Notes under the pieces: model-generated
The model's database searches: none
What the model saw: the letters and a program-made list of their open reading frames with translations, nothing else
What the model was told of the DNA's origin: nothing
Origin: an uncultured Verrucomicrobiae bacterium
Lineage (GTDB): Bacteria > Verrucomicrobiota > Verrucomicrobiia > Limisphaerales > Palsa-1400
Assembly: GCA_963707025.1 (NCBI GenBank)
Contig: CAVPOM010000005.1
Coordinates: 512,001-576,000 of the forward strand
Direction of reading: 5' to 3'
DNA: 64,000 nt
Part shown: positions 1 through 11,597 of the stretch, piece by piece
Position numbering within the stretch: the first letter of the stretch is position 1
Layout: each line of letters opens with the position of its first letter
Position numbers and translations under genes: made by a program

Positions 1-3000
1 ACCGTGCCCCCCGGCATGATGGTCAACTGGTTGAGGATAGTTCCCGCGCTGCCGCCGACACGAAGATTGAGCACAGCGCCCGGGTTGACGGTGGTGCCGC
101 CGGCGAAGGTGTTGTAAGCCGCAAGATCCAATGAACTCCCCGCCTGGCCACTGTTGACCACCAGCGCGCCGGTCCCGGACATGATGCCGGTGTTGGTCTG
201 GTTGACTCCGCTGTTGAAGTTAAACAGTCCATTGTTGGTAATGGGACTGGCATAAGTGTTTTGTCCGGAGAACGGGCCGCTGTTCAACGCGCCGGTAAGC
301 CCGGCGAGGATGAGCGTGCCGGAATTGATGGTGGTGCTTCCGGCATAAGCATTATTGCCCATCAGGGTGGTATTGCCGGGGCCTGCCGTGACCAGGTTGC
401 CGTTTCCGCCAACCGCTTGCTCGAGCACAAGGTTGCCCACAGCCGCAGTGAACACCGGGGATGCGCCCGTGGGAAGATTAACGGGCAGGTTCAACGTTTC
501 CACGTTGGCCGAGTTGTTGGTCAGGCCACCGGTGATTCCCAAGTTCAGGCCGCCGCCGATGACGAAAAGACCGGCCGTGGCATCAAACCCCAGGCCGTTG
601 ACGGTGTAGGCTTGATCCATATTCGGCGCCAATCCCTTCGTGCCGGAAAAGATCAAGCTGTCGCCCACATAGCCCGGCGCATAAGAGCTCACCCAGTTGG
701 CATTATCATCCCAACTCGAGTTAAGGCCGGTATCAGAACCGTTCCACGTTTCCGTTGTGACCTGAACGTTGAAGGGAATGAGGACCGAGCCGCCCAAGCC
801 GGTGTTGTCGGTAATCAATCCCGTCAAGGTCAACGGCCCTGGCGGGGCCGCCGGAGGCAGGATGGTGTTGGCGGTGAAAACGGTGGGACCGCCGGTCAAA
901 GTGACCAAGGAGCCGCCAAGGAAGGTGAGATCCACAACGACGTTTCTGACGCCGGTGTTGGCGAAGGTGACATCCACACTGATGGTGAACGGGTGGTTGC
1001 GCACCACGTTGTTCGGAACGGCCGAGCCAGTGCCGGTGGGCGTGGCGGTGGAGGTGTTCTCGAGGACCACCTCGTTGCCAGAGGTCTGAACGGACCAATG
1101 ACCGGAAGCGGCATTGAGAGGCGGCACATCAAAAACCGGCGTGGTGGAAGCGAATCCGCTAATCGCGTAAGCGCCGCCGACATTGAAAAGCACATAGGGG
1201 GTTGTGGTATCCAGAGCAACCAGGGTGCTCGGGGCCTTGATATGGAGGGAGTTGCCATTCAGCGCCAAATTGCCATAAACCTGCAGCCCGTCATTGGGGC
1301 CGACGCTGGCGGAAGTGCTCAAACCAAAAACGGCCGTTGAGCCGGAGCCCAAAACTATGCCGCTGGTTGTGAGCGTGCCGAGGGTGGCCCCTTCGCCCGG
1401 GAGAATTTGTGACCCGGCAGCCGCGACAATGGAGCCATTGACCTGGCCGAGTCCCTCCAGGACCTGGCTGCCTTGCAACGTCCAGGGGGATACCGCCGAA
1501 ACGTCAAAGTAGGACCCGCTTAGCATATTGACCCCGGAGGAGTTGCTGATGGAACCTCCCACACCCAAGGCCAGCGTGCCGGCGTTGACGGTGGTCAGGT
1601 TGGTGTAGAAGCAGGGAGCGGTCAGCGTCAGGAAGCCGCCGCCCGTGCCCAATTGGGAGGTCTTGGTCAGGCCGCCGCTGCCGTTCAGGGCCAGAACCGG
1701 GGTGCCGGCGACCGCCGCGGTGCCATGCACACTGTTGACGCCGCCCCCGTGGAGGGCGACAGTGAGAGCATCGCCGGATGAATAACCGCTGCCGGGGTTG
1801 ACGACATTAATTTGGGTGACGGCGCCGCCGGAAACCGTGGCAACCGCGCAAGCGCCGCTGCCTGTGCCGCCGGAAATGGTGACAACGGGCGGGCCAATGT
1901 AGCCGGCACCGCCGCTGGTCAGCGGAATTGAACTGACTCCGTAACCCGAGGGCGCGAGCAGCGGCTGAGAAATAATGATGGTGCCGCCGCCGTCATCAAT
2001 CGTGGCGCCGCCGGGATAGACATAGGCCCCGGTCAAGCCGAACATGAACGCCGGGCCGAGAGGCACAGTTGCAGTTATCTCAACATTGACATTGGACAGG
2101 GTGCCCCCGTTGAAATTGACGGTTCCCGTGCCCGCGCCCAGCGCGACCTGGCCGGTGCCGAGCGTGCCACCCATGAGGTTGATGATGCCACTGCCTCCCG
2201 CCACTCGGGCCAGAGTCACATTGGTCTGGCCAAACCCGGTGACCACGGCATTGCCGGAAATATTCAAAACTCCGGCGCCGTTTTCACCCACATAGAATCC
2301 GCCCTCACGGTCGGCGGCTCCGTTGACGTAATCACTGGAATTGAGGACGGCGTTTCCACCGAAGTTCGCCACGCCGACGGCATTGGAGCCGGTGGCGGCA
2401 ACGGTAATAATGTTGGTGGTGACGGTAAAGGTTCCACCGGTCATGTCGAAAACCGCGTAGTCATTATTAGCGCCAATGACAAAATAGCTGCCGGCGCTGC
2501 CGGTGCCGCCGCTCATCTCGAGGCCGGCATAGCCTCCATTGCCGTTGCCCAGGTACAATCCCTCCGCGGCCAGTGTGCCGCCTGAGACGAGGTTAATAAC
2601 GCCTGCCGAATTGGTGGCAAGTCCCATGGAGACCGAGCCGGGCTGGCCGGCGAAGTTAGTGTAAGTCTCAATAAGCGAGCCAGTGCCGGTGATGTTCAGG
2701 ACGGCGTTCAGGTTGCTGACATCGGCGACAAAGAGCTGATTGCTGGTCTGTAATGTGCCCGAAAGCGCCGCCGTGCCCTGGCGGATGGCGACAAACCCGG
2801 TGAAGGAGGGAGTGGCGGTGTCGCTCATGACGCCCGCAAGAGTCAGAGTGTTGGTGCCGTTGACGACGAATCCGCCACCATTGTCGGAGATGGCCCCGCC
2901 CATGGTGAGGTTCCCGTTGCTCGCGCTGAAGGTCACAGGCCCAACCGAAGCCAGGTTGACCGGCAGATTCAGAACCTGCGCGTTGGTCGAGTAGTTGGTT

Positions 3001-6000
3001 ATCCCGCGAGTCACGTTCAGGGTGTTGCCAGTGCTGGAACTGATAATAAAGTTGGTGGCCCCGTTGGTGAAGGTCACACCGGCAAAGGTGTAGTTGGTAT
3101 CCACATTCGGGGTGGGTCCGGCCACGCCGCCGGTGATGGGAACGCCGAAAACCACGCTGTCGCCCACATAGCCCGGCGCATAAGTGCTGACCCAGTTGGC
3201 ATTATTGTCAAAAAGTTCATTGGCGCCAGCGCCGGCCCATGTTTCCGATGAGACGGCCACCGTCACGACGATCAAAGCCGCGCCGGCCGACGGGGTGGTG
3301 TCAATGGCGGTGGCGGTCAGGGTGTAAATGCCCGGCAGGGTGGTCGGGGGAACAAAGACGGAGTTAGTGTAAACGGATGTGGCGCCGACTTGGACCAAAG
3401 TCAGCGCGTTGGTCCCGCCCAGGGGACTGGCATCGAGGGTGAGGTTGGTCACCGTGCCGGCTCCCGACGTGAGCGTGACACTGATGAGCACGGTTTCGTT
3501 GCGCAGCGCGGTTGACGGAGCGGCCAGCCCGGTAAGAACGGGCACCGCGACCGCGCTGTACTGCAATTGGACGGTGTTGCCGGAAACCCCAACGATGAAA
3601 TGGTTTAAATTGAGCGGCGGGGAATCCCAAGCCACACCCGCGCTGAAAGTTCCTGTAAGGGTGCCCGCCGTGATCAGCGTATAGGGGGCGCCGGCCGGGT
3701 CCAGATCCTTGGTCGGGTCGGGTGCCCTGACATGGAGAGTGTTGCCACTGGCCGCCAGGGTTCCGGTGACGGCAATCTTGTCATACTGCGGACTGGGAGA
3801 AGTGCCAAAGTCAAAACGGGCCACGGAGCCTCCAACCAGAGTCAGCGTGCTGTTGAAGGTGAGGGTGCCAAAGTCGTTGCTGGTCACGCCTGGATCAATC
3901 ACCGCGCCGGCCGAGGTAGTGAGCGGCCCGCTGACGGTGCCGTCGCCCGTCAGGGTTTGCAGCGCGCCCACCGTGAAGGGACTGGTCAGGGTTGAGACAT
4001 CGAAAATGCCGGCGTTGGAAATGATAATGCTTGGGGACGAGTTGATGGAAGAGGCCCCGGACAGCAGGAGCGTGCCCGCGCCGACCACGGTGTTGCCGGT
4101 GTAGGTTTCCGCGTTGGTGAGCGTCAGGGTGTTGGCCGGAGCGCTGACCACCAGGTTGCCCGTCCCGCCAATAATTCCGCCCAGGGACTGCGCGGCGGTG
4201 CTGGTAAAGAGGAAGGTTCCGTTGTCGGTAATGTTGGCGTTATAGGCGCCGGCGGCCAGCGAGCCGCGCCCGAGAGGTTTAACGTGCCGGCAGTGGTGAA
4301 GCCGCCTCCGGTATTGATGTTGATGGCAGAGGTAAAGGTATTGCCGGCGGTGAGGGCAAGAGTCCCTGGTCCATAGACATTCACCGTCACACCGCCCGCG
4401 CCGCCGCCATAGCCTTCCAGGGGGCAGGCAATGGTCATCGTGCTGTTGGTGGCAAGACCGAAGTAAACGCCGCCGGTGCGCAAGCCGAACCAGCCGCCAC
4501 TGGCGGAAGTGATCAAACTGGACGTGTTGGGAAGGGTGTCAATAAAACCCCCGAAGAAGTTATAGGCTTCCCTGGCCGTGGTGTAGTATTGTGTCAGGGT
4601 GCCGCCGCCAAAATAGAAGGGGCGGAACATGGTCTCAGACTGGTTGGAATTGGTCTTATTGATGATGCCATAGTTCGTGACGGGGACGCTCATGGCATAG
4701 CCCAGCGTGTCGCCCTGGAGCAAATCCATTTCTCCGCCGACATTGACGGTAATCGCGCCCCTGGCCGTGCCGCTGCCGCCTATGGCGCTCGATGCTGCAA
4801 GTATTCCCCCGTTGACAATCCACTGGCTGAGGGTGGATGAGCCGAAGGGCATCGTCATCGTGCCGGGACCATTGACCTTCAGCACGCCAGTGCCCGTTAA
4901 GGCGGAATAGGCCCCGTTGGTCGCGCTGTTGAAATTGAAGACTCCATTGTCGGTAATGGTGCTCGGATAAGTGCCGGTCAGGCCGCCCAACTGGCCCACA
5001 GAACCGCCGATGGTCAGCGTGTCAGCTATGCCGATGGTGGTGCCGCCGGTGTAAGTGTTCACGTTGGTCAACGTCAGCGTGCCGCCACCAATCATGGCCA
5101 GGCCGCCCGTTCCGCTGATCACGCCGCTGTAAGTCTGGGTCGAGCTGTCGCTGCCCAGGGTCAGGGTGCTTCCCCCGACGTTCACGTTGCCGCCGGTGGC
5201 GCCGCCGCCGGTCAACGAACCGATCCAGGTACTGTTGCTCAGGACAAGGGCCGCGGCCGCGGAGTTGGCCAGGGACACCGCCGAGTTGACTCCCAGAGGC
5301 CCGCCTGCTCCGGCCCAGGTCGCCGCAGACACCAGGGTGCCCGAGTTAATGACTGTCGGGCCGGTATAGGTGCTGATGCTCCGGTTGGTCACGAATCCCG
5401 TGCCGTTCAGGGTGACGCCGGTGATGCCTGCAATCGTCACGGTGTTGGAAATGGTGTAATTATTGAGGGAGTTGTTGAAGGCAACGCTCCTGGGCGAAAC
5501 GGGCGCGCCTCCCAGCAGATTGGTAATGGCGAAAATCCCGCCCGTGTTGTCCGCGTCATCAAATACCACCTGATTGTGGTCCTGGTAATCGCCGGTGGAC
5601 CAGTTGGCCGTGGTGCCGATGTCCCAGGTGCCATTGACCGCCGAAGTCCAGGTGGAGACGGGCGCCGCCGTCACCGAAGTCACATGCAGATTCCAGACAT
5701 TGCCGCTTGGGCTGAAAGTGCCCGCGATATTGGCCGGAAGGAGGAAGTTGGCGGCGCTGAGCGCGGCGCCCGGCAGGGTGGTGTAGCTGAGAACAGGATA
5801 GGTCTGGCCGGCCACAACGGGGCTGGCGGCGGAAATGACGATGGTGTTGTTGGCGCCGGTCAGGTTCAAGGCTCCGGGAGTCAGCGGCGCCTGCGTGGTG
5901 CTGCTGAGGGACAACTGAATGCTGGCTCCGCTGACGCTGCCCACGTTGAGGGTGGCGGGCGAAAAACCGGTGATCGCGCCAGGCGTGGGGTAAACGCGCA

Positions 6001-7765
6001 GGGTGCCGCCGTCGTTGACCGTAACGGTGCCTGTGTTGGGCTGAGAGGAGTTCACCGCCAGCACGCCGCCGTTGATGGTGGTCAGGCCGGTGTAGGTGTT
6101 GGCGCCGTTGAGCGTCACAATGCCGGGGCCGTTTTGGGTCAGCGCGCCGGTGCCGGAGATGGTTTCAAAGAAAGTCTGGTTGCCGGTGCTGGTGAAGACG
6201 ATCGTGCCCTCGTTGGTAATGAATCCAGACTCGAACACGTTGCCCGCGCCGGTGAAGTTGATGGCTCCCGTATTGGTGATGTTTCCCGTCAAACCCTGGC
6301 CGCCGGCGGCGCTAAAGGTGAAGGTGGCATAGTTGATGATGTTGCCGGCATAATTGGCGCCGTTGTTCAACAGGCCGGTGGGAGCAACGGTGACGGTGCC
6401 ATTGCTGATGATCGTGTTGGCAGTGTATGTGTTGGTGGCCGTCAGGATGAGGTTCCCCGGTCCCAATTGGATCAGTGACGCACCACCTGAATATTGGTAA
6501 ACAGGGACGCTAATGGTCAGCGTGCTGCCGCTCCCGACATTGAACCAGTTGGTGCCGCTGCGCAACCCGAACTCGCCGACGCCGCTGATGAAATTGGCCG
6601 TGCCGGCGACCGTGGTAATCGAGTTTCCGAAAAAGTTCCATTGGGTTAATCCGTAAGCATTGGTGCCGTTGAACGAGGTCAGCGTGCCGCCATTCATGGT
6701 GATGGGGCGGTTCAGTGTTTCCGACTGGTTGTTGGTCTTCAGCACAGTGCCGTAAATCGTGAGGGGCTGGCTAATGCTATAACCCAGCGCGTCGCCGGCG
6801 TTCAAAATCAACAAACCGCCCGCGTTCACGACGATAGGCCCCTCAACGCAGCCGTTGCCACCCGAACTGGATTGGAGAAGAAGTGTTGCCCCGGCATTCA
6901 CCGTGGTCGTCCCAGCGTAGGTGCTGGGGGAGTTGTTCAGCGCCAGCACGCCGGGGCCATTGACGGTCAGGGCGCCGGTCCCGGAAATGATCCCCCTGTT
7001 GGTATTGTTGGCCGAACTGCTGTAAACAAAAAGTCCATTGTCGGTAATGTTACCCGCATAAACATTGGAAACCGCGCCCGCAGTAACGTTGCCCAAAATG
7101 CCCGCCCCGCCCAGGGTCAGCGTGCCGGAGATGCCGATCGGACCGGTGAACGTGTTCGTGCCGGTGAGGGTCAGCGTGCCGGTGCCCTCCTGTTGCAAGC
7201 TCAAGGAGGTCGCGCCGCCGTTGGTCACGTTGCCGGCGATGGTAATGTTGCCCGAATTGGTCAGGGATTGGGCCCCCGCCGTGCCTCCGCTGCCGCCCTG
7301 GATGAGGGTCCCCGCCGCGAAGGTCAGGCTGGCCGTGCCGCCGTTGGTGATGAGATAATTGGTGGCCACCCCGGTCCCCAGGACGACGTTGGCGTTGAAC
7401 AACTGGCTGGCGGTGACCGTCCCGGTGACCTGCACCGAGCCGCCGTCATTGAGCGTCAGGGTCTGGCTGCCCGCCGCCCCCGACCCAATCGTGTAGGGCA
7501 CCACCGTCGCCGTGTCAAAGACAAGGTTGCTGATGGTGACGCCGCCGCCCAGGGAAATGGTGGTGTTGCCGTTGCCGGCGCCGTTGAAGGTGGCGGTGTT
7601 GCCGGTGCCCGGAGGACCCGAGGGACTCCAGTTGTTGGCGCCGGCCCAGGTGTTATCCGTGGTTCCAGTCCAGGAGAATTGGGCTTGGGCAACCGCCAGG
7701 CTGGCGAGCAGCACCAGGCCGGTTGAGGTGATTATCTTGCTGAGTTGGTTGATTTGGGTTTTCAT
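1..7765 (-). CDS. Giant secreted autotransporter-associated beta-strand (passenger) repeat protein, >2500 aa; frameshifted at ~4264 and running off the left end of the window
   Basis: Signal peptide MKTQ...LASLAVAQA; many 'GxGTLTLTGxNTYTGxTTINxGTL' repeats. ORF 4124-7765 changes frame at LNLSGA|GSLAAGAYN (one C missing on the + strand at ~4264); the second frame appears open with the same repeats down to base 1. Confidence 0.85.
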
Positions 7766-8017
7766 AATGAGATAAATCAGGTTGACACGCGAAGACGATG
7801 GTTCGTGAATGGCTTCTTTTATTGCAATTCTCTACTCTACTTTATTGGCTGCGGGAAATGGTTGACCAGAAAGCATACCCGTCAAAACGCAAGGCGAAAA
7901 ACCGCCGCCCAAGGGCGCCGAGACTCCCGCCCGTAATGACTTTCTTGGTGGTCATAGCGTCGAGAATACAGACCTGGAAATATAAAGCAAGCACTTTTTT
8001 CATAAAAATCTGATGCC

Positions 8018-8033
8018 ATTTAACCGGTTTAAT
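8018..8033. promoter_or_regulatory. LacI-family operator upstream of the giant repeat protein gene
   Basis: Near-palindrome ATTTAACCGGTTTAAT with a central CG, typical of LacI/GalR sites; near-identical copy at 9329-9344. Confidence 0.7.
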
Positions 8034-8083
8034 GCCCGCAAGCCGCAAGGCCGCCAGCCAGCGCGGGAAACCGCCGGCGCAAA

Positions 8084-9208
8084 TCAGCCCGGCCGGGGGT
8101 CATCGGCGGCTGCGGCGCCCACCGGCCGGGAGGGCGCGGGCGCGTCCTGAAGGGTGCTTTGCTTCCGCGCTGGCGGCGAGCCGGAGGCGCGCGCGGTGGA
8201 ATCCCGGACAATCAGGCTGGTTTGCAAGCGGTGCTCCACCCCCATCTTGCCTGGATCGGACATCATGGCCTGGAGGGCGTGGCAGGCCAGACGCCCAAGC
8301 TCGCTGCGAGGGATCGCCACGGTGGTGAGCGGCGGCAGGGTGTGCTGGGCGAAACGGATGTCGTCGAAACCCACCACCGACAAAGCCCCGGGAATCACAA
8401 TTTTGCGGTCGTAAGCGGCATGCATGGCGCCGATGGCCATGAGGTCATTGGCGGCCAGGATGGCCGTCGGCCTTAACCCGGCCAGCAGTTTGGCGCAGGC
8501 CACATAACCGCCCTGCACGGTGAAATCCGAATCCACCACCATCGTCTCCAGCGGGCCCATCTTTTCCGCGCCGGCGACAAAGGCCGTTCTGCGCATGCGG
8601 GAGGAGAGCAGCGGCGGTGGACCGCCGATGAAACCGATGCGGGCATGCCCCAAGGCGCGGACGTGTTCCAGCGCGGCGCTGATGCCCGCCTCGTAATCCA
8701 CTGCGATATTGCTGACCCAACGGTCCGGCCGGCCCAGATCCAGATAGACGGCGCAAATCCCCCTCGAGGCCAATACGCTGGCGATGGAGGGATCTATTTG
8801 AGAGGTGAGAATCGCCACCCCGGGCACCTGCAAGGCCAGCAAGCGGTTGACGCTGGCCTTGGTGCGGTGCGCGTCGTAATTGGTGTTCATCACGATGGCT
8901 TCCATGTCGTTCAGATTGGCCGCTTCCTGAAAGGCGGCGATGATCTCCGGGAAAAACGGGTTGCTAATGTCCGAGACGATGACCCCTAGAATATGACTCC
9001 GGCCCACCGCCAGGTTGCGCGCCAGCACGTTGGGGGAATAGCCCAGCGCCTGGGCCGCCTGGAACACCCGGTGCTGCGTCGCAGGCAGAATGCGGTGGCG
9101 CTGCGCCTCGTTGAGCACGAAGGACACGGTGGCGACCGAAACACCGGCGCGCCGGGCCACATCCCGGATATTCGGAACCCGGTCCGACGGCAACCGGGCC
9201 ACAGTCAT
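8084..9208 (-). CDS. LacI family transcriptional regulator
   Basis: N-terminal HTH 'NIRDVARRAGVSVATVSFVLN', then 'LGYSPNVLARNL' and a sugar-binding domain 'LSVVGFDDI...PPLTTV'. Start placed at ATG 9208. Confidence 0.95.
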   Translation of the reverse strand: MTVARLPSDRVPNIRDVARRAGVSVATVSFVLNEAQRHRILPATQHRVFQAAQALGYSPNVLARNLAVGRSHILGVIVSDISNPFFPEIIAAFQEAANLNDMEAIVMNTNYDAHRTKASVNRLLALQVPGVAILTSQIDPSIASVLASRGICAVYLDLGRPDRWVSNIAVDYEAGISAALEHVRALGHARIGFIGGPPPLLSSRMRRTAFVAGAEKMGPLETMVVDSDFTVQGGYVACAKLLAGLRPTAILAANDLMAIGAMHAAYDRKIVIPGALSVVGFDDIRFAQHTLPPLTTVAIPRSELGRLACHALQAMMSDPGKMGVEHRLQTSLIVRDSTARASGSPPARKQSTLQDAPAPSRPVGAAAADDPRPG

Positions 9209-9328
9209 TCTCGTCTTTCGCAAACCACGCGTCCTGGCCGCGCCACGAGATTGCTTCTGGGTGACCACAACAGACCGTCTATCCTTTTCCCGGCAGCCGG
9301 TCAAGGAGGATTTTGCCTTGCCACGGCA

Positions 9329-9344
9329 ATTTAACCGGTTCAAT
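9329..9344. promoter_or_regulatory. LacI-family operator, probably autoregulatory
   Basis: ATTTAACCGGTTCAAT about 120 bp upstream of the lacI-like start; 15/16 identical to 8018-8033. Confidence 0.7.
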
Positions 9345-9858
9345 CCCGGCCGGCGTTTGTCGAAGCGGAAAGAACGGGAGTTTGATTCTTTTTGATCCGT
9401 TTCGACCCTGGCAAACGAACGGAAATGGGTTCGTTTCTCTGCATGTTTGCATCACCAAAACTTACATAAGTGACTCATTTTGAAGTGGTTGGGACTTTTT
9501 GTATTTGGGTTCGTTTGGCAAAAATCAGTTTTTTTGATTAAACTCTCGCCGAGACTACCATGGTGATGAGCGGCCTGGCCTGCCTGGATTGAGTTCTCTG
9601 CGCCGCGAATTTGCGCGCCTTCCCGAGGAGAAGGGCCGGCAGTTTTTCGGGCGTGATCTCAGATTTGATTTGAACATTCATGGTCTCGGTTTTTTCGATG
9701 GACGGCCTTCCCGGCGTGCAAGGCCCCGCAATCCCCCCGCTGCACCCGCCGCGGCAGGCCGGGGCGCGGAGCCTCCCGGGTTTTTCCCCGTCTCATTCCG
9801 CGTGACAGGCGCCTTGATCGGCGTATAGTTCGCCATATTCCGCATCGTCCTGCTAAGA

Positions 9859-9887
9859 AGAATATACTTTTAAGGAATATTTGTCAA
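9859..9887 (-). promoter_or_regulatory. Sigma70-type promoter divergent from the XRE repressor gene
   Basis: Minus strand reads TTGACA-17 bp-TATTCT within an AT-rich stretch carrying repeated (G/A)AATAT boxes. Confidence 0.6.
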
Positions 9888-9896
9888 ATTTAAAAT

Positions 9897-10292
9897 ATGC
9901 CAAAAGACGTTTTTTCCGCCCGCTTGGGCAAAGCCCTGGACAAAGCAGGCTTGACCCAGGCGCAACTGGGCCAAGCCGCCGCCTGCAGCCAGGAGGACAT
10001 ATCCCGCTATTTGCAGGGGAGAATTCCCGGAGGCGGGAGGCTGATTTTGATCGCAAAGGCCCTCGGGACGACGGCGGAGGACCTGCTCGGTGACGAACCG
10101 GAAGATCCCGTGGAGAGCATCCGTGAAGCGTTCCAGCGGCGCAACTACGCGCGGGCGATGGAGGAAATGAGGCGGATGAAGAGATCCCTGCGAAAACTGG
10201 AGGCGCTTTTGGGCAGTCAGGTTGGGATCCGTGCGAGCGCAGAACGCGTCTCCCCACGCAAACGACGGCACAAAGTGGGAAAACGGAAATGA
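9897..10292 (+). CDS. XRE/Cro-CI family helix-turn-helix regulator
   Basis: 'FSARLGKALDKAGLTQAQLGQAAACSQEDISRYLQGRIP...IAKALGTTAEDLL' is a typical HTH_3 domain followed by a coiled coil. Confidence 0.85.
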   Translation: MPKDVFSARLGKALDKAGLTQAQLGQAAACSQEDISRYLQGRIPGGGRLILIAKALGTTAEDLLGDEPEDPVESIREAFQRRNYARAMEEMRRMKRSLRKLEALLGSQVGIRASAERVSPRKRRHKVGKRK

Positions 10293-10428
10293 AACCTCTC
10301 CTCACCAGCTTTTCCAAGCCGCTGGCGAGCTCCGCCCACTAATGAGATGACCACCGCTTAAAAAAGTCGCGTGAAAAAGTCAAAGCGTGCCGCGACAATT
10401 TTGGCGGTCTTCTGATCAAGCTGCTTGC

Positions 10429-10620
10429 TCACAGCATCTCTTGATGTTTTTCGGGCTTGGACTCGCGTTGCGCTTTGGCGAACGGATTCAATTGCGGCGG
10501 GGCGTCAATCCGCTCGGTGCCGTCGAGCAAGCCTTCGATGGTGAGAATCTGGATTTTGGGATAATCCTTGTCGTGCCACATTTTGGAGGCGTACCGTCCC
10601 GCGTCGGCGGCTTCTAGGCG
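10429..10620 (-). pseudogene. C-terminal fragment resembling DNA methyltransferase/Mrr-like endonuclease fusion proteins
   Basis: 'EAADAGRYASKMWHDKDYPKIQILTIEGLL' resembles the C-terminal end of N6/N4 MTase-Mrr fusions; the preceding part of the gene is absent. Confidence 0.55.
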
Positions 10621-10657
10621 CAACTCGTGAGCCGCCGCGCGGGAGATTTCACAAAGT

Positions 10658-10975
10658 TCAAGACAGGTGGCGCCCATTCCATCCTCGCAAGATTTGACCA
10701 AACACCAGGTAATCAGGATCGGGATAAAATTCACGGCGAGATGGAAGATTAATCGCGTCCCGGCAACTTTCACGAAAGGCCTTCTCACCGCCGTCCCAGC
10801 CGATGGCTCGCAATTTTGTGAAGTTCTCCTCGTGGAAAATGATTGAATAATTGCGTTTGATTCCAAGCAGCCCGTGATCGAAGGCACGGTGATGAATCGC
10901 GCTGAGGCACAAACCGTTTTTGGTTTCGTCCGTCCCGCGCTCGTGCTCAACGGGAATGATGTGAGCGGCGTCGAG
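10658..10975 (-). pseudogene. HNH endonuclease (HNH_2-type) C-terminal fragment
   Basis: The frame reads 'LDAAHIIPVEHERGTDETKNGLCLSAIHHRAFDHGLLGI', an HNH motif; N-terminus missing. Confidence 0.7.
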
Positions 10976-11274
10976 AAAGTCCTACAGAAGTCGCCTTTAG
11001 CTTCGGCGATTGGTCGCATGCGGCGTAGGCAGGAAAGTACTATTCGTTTCCCTCTGGTAGCCGTGCTGCTTCACGAATAATCACGACTGCCATACGAGCC
11101 GCTTCTTCCAATTGCTCGTGGGTCTGCCAATCGAGAGTTGAATGGAAAATGACGTTCCGCATGCAGTCTTCGATTTCCAGTGCTTTGGAGTCACTATGAG
11201 CTGGACCCCTATTTTTAGACCACAGGTAAGTTTCGATTTTTGCCGGTTTGCTGTAGATAAGAAAGAGCAGACTT

Positions 11275-11565
11275 ATGAAAGCAAAACGGAAAAGACACAG
11301 TGCGGCCTTCAAGGCCAAAGTGGGATTCGAAGCCCTGGTGGGGCTGAAGACGGTCGCGCAATTGGCGCGAGAGTATGCGGTGCATCCGGCGCAGGTCACG
11401 CAGTGGCGGGCGACGATTCGGGATCACATGCCCGAATTGTTTGAGCCCGGGCAACCCCGCACGGAGGATCAGGAACAGTTGATTGCCCAACTGCATGAGA
11501 AGATTGGCCAACTGACGGTGGACTTGGACTGGCTTAAAAAAAAGTCCAGGCAACTGGGGCTTTAA
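11275..11565 (+). CDS. IS3 transposase OrfA
   Basis: 'KRKRHSAAFKAKV...TVAQLAREYAVHPAQVTQW' HTH; slippery A8G at 11536-11544 whose -1 frame is open into orfB. Confidence 0.9.
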   Translation: MKAKRKRHSAAFKAKVGFEALVGLKTVAQLAREYAVHPAQVTQWRATIRDHMPELFEPGQPRTEDQEQLIAQLHEKIGQLTVDLDWLKKKSRQLGL

Positions 11566-11597
11566 CATGTTTAATCGCTCCCGATCCGCAGCTCAGC

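Noticed and set aside
11536..11544. A8G run as a sequencing error or phase-variable tract
   Set aside because: It matches the standard programmed -1 frameshift site of IS3-family elements.
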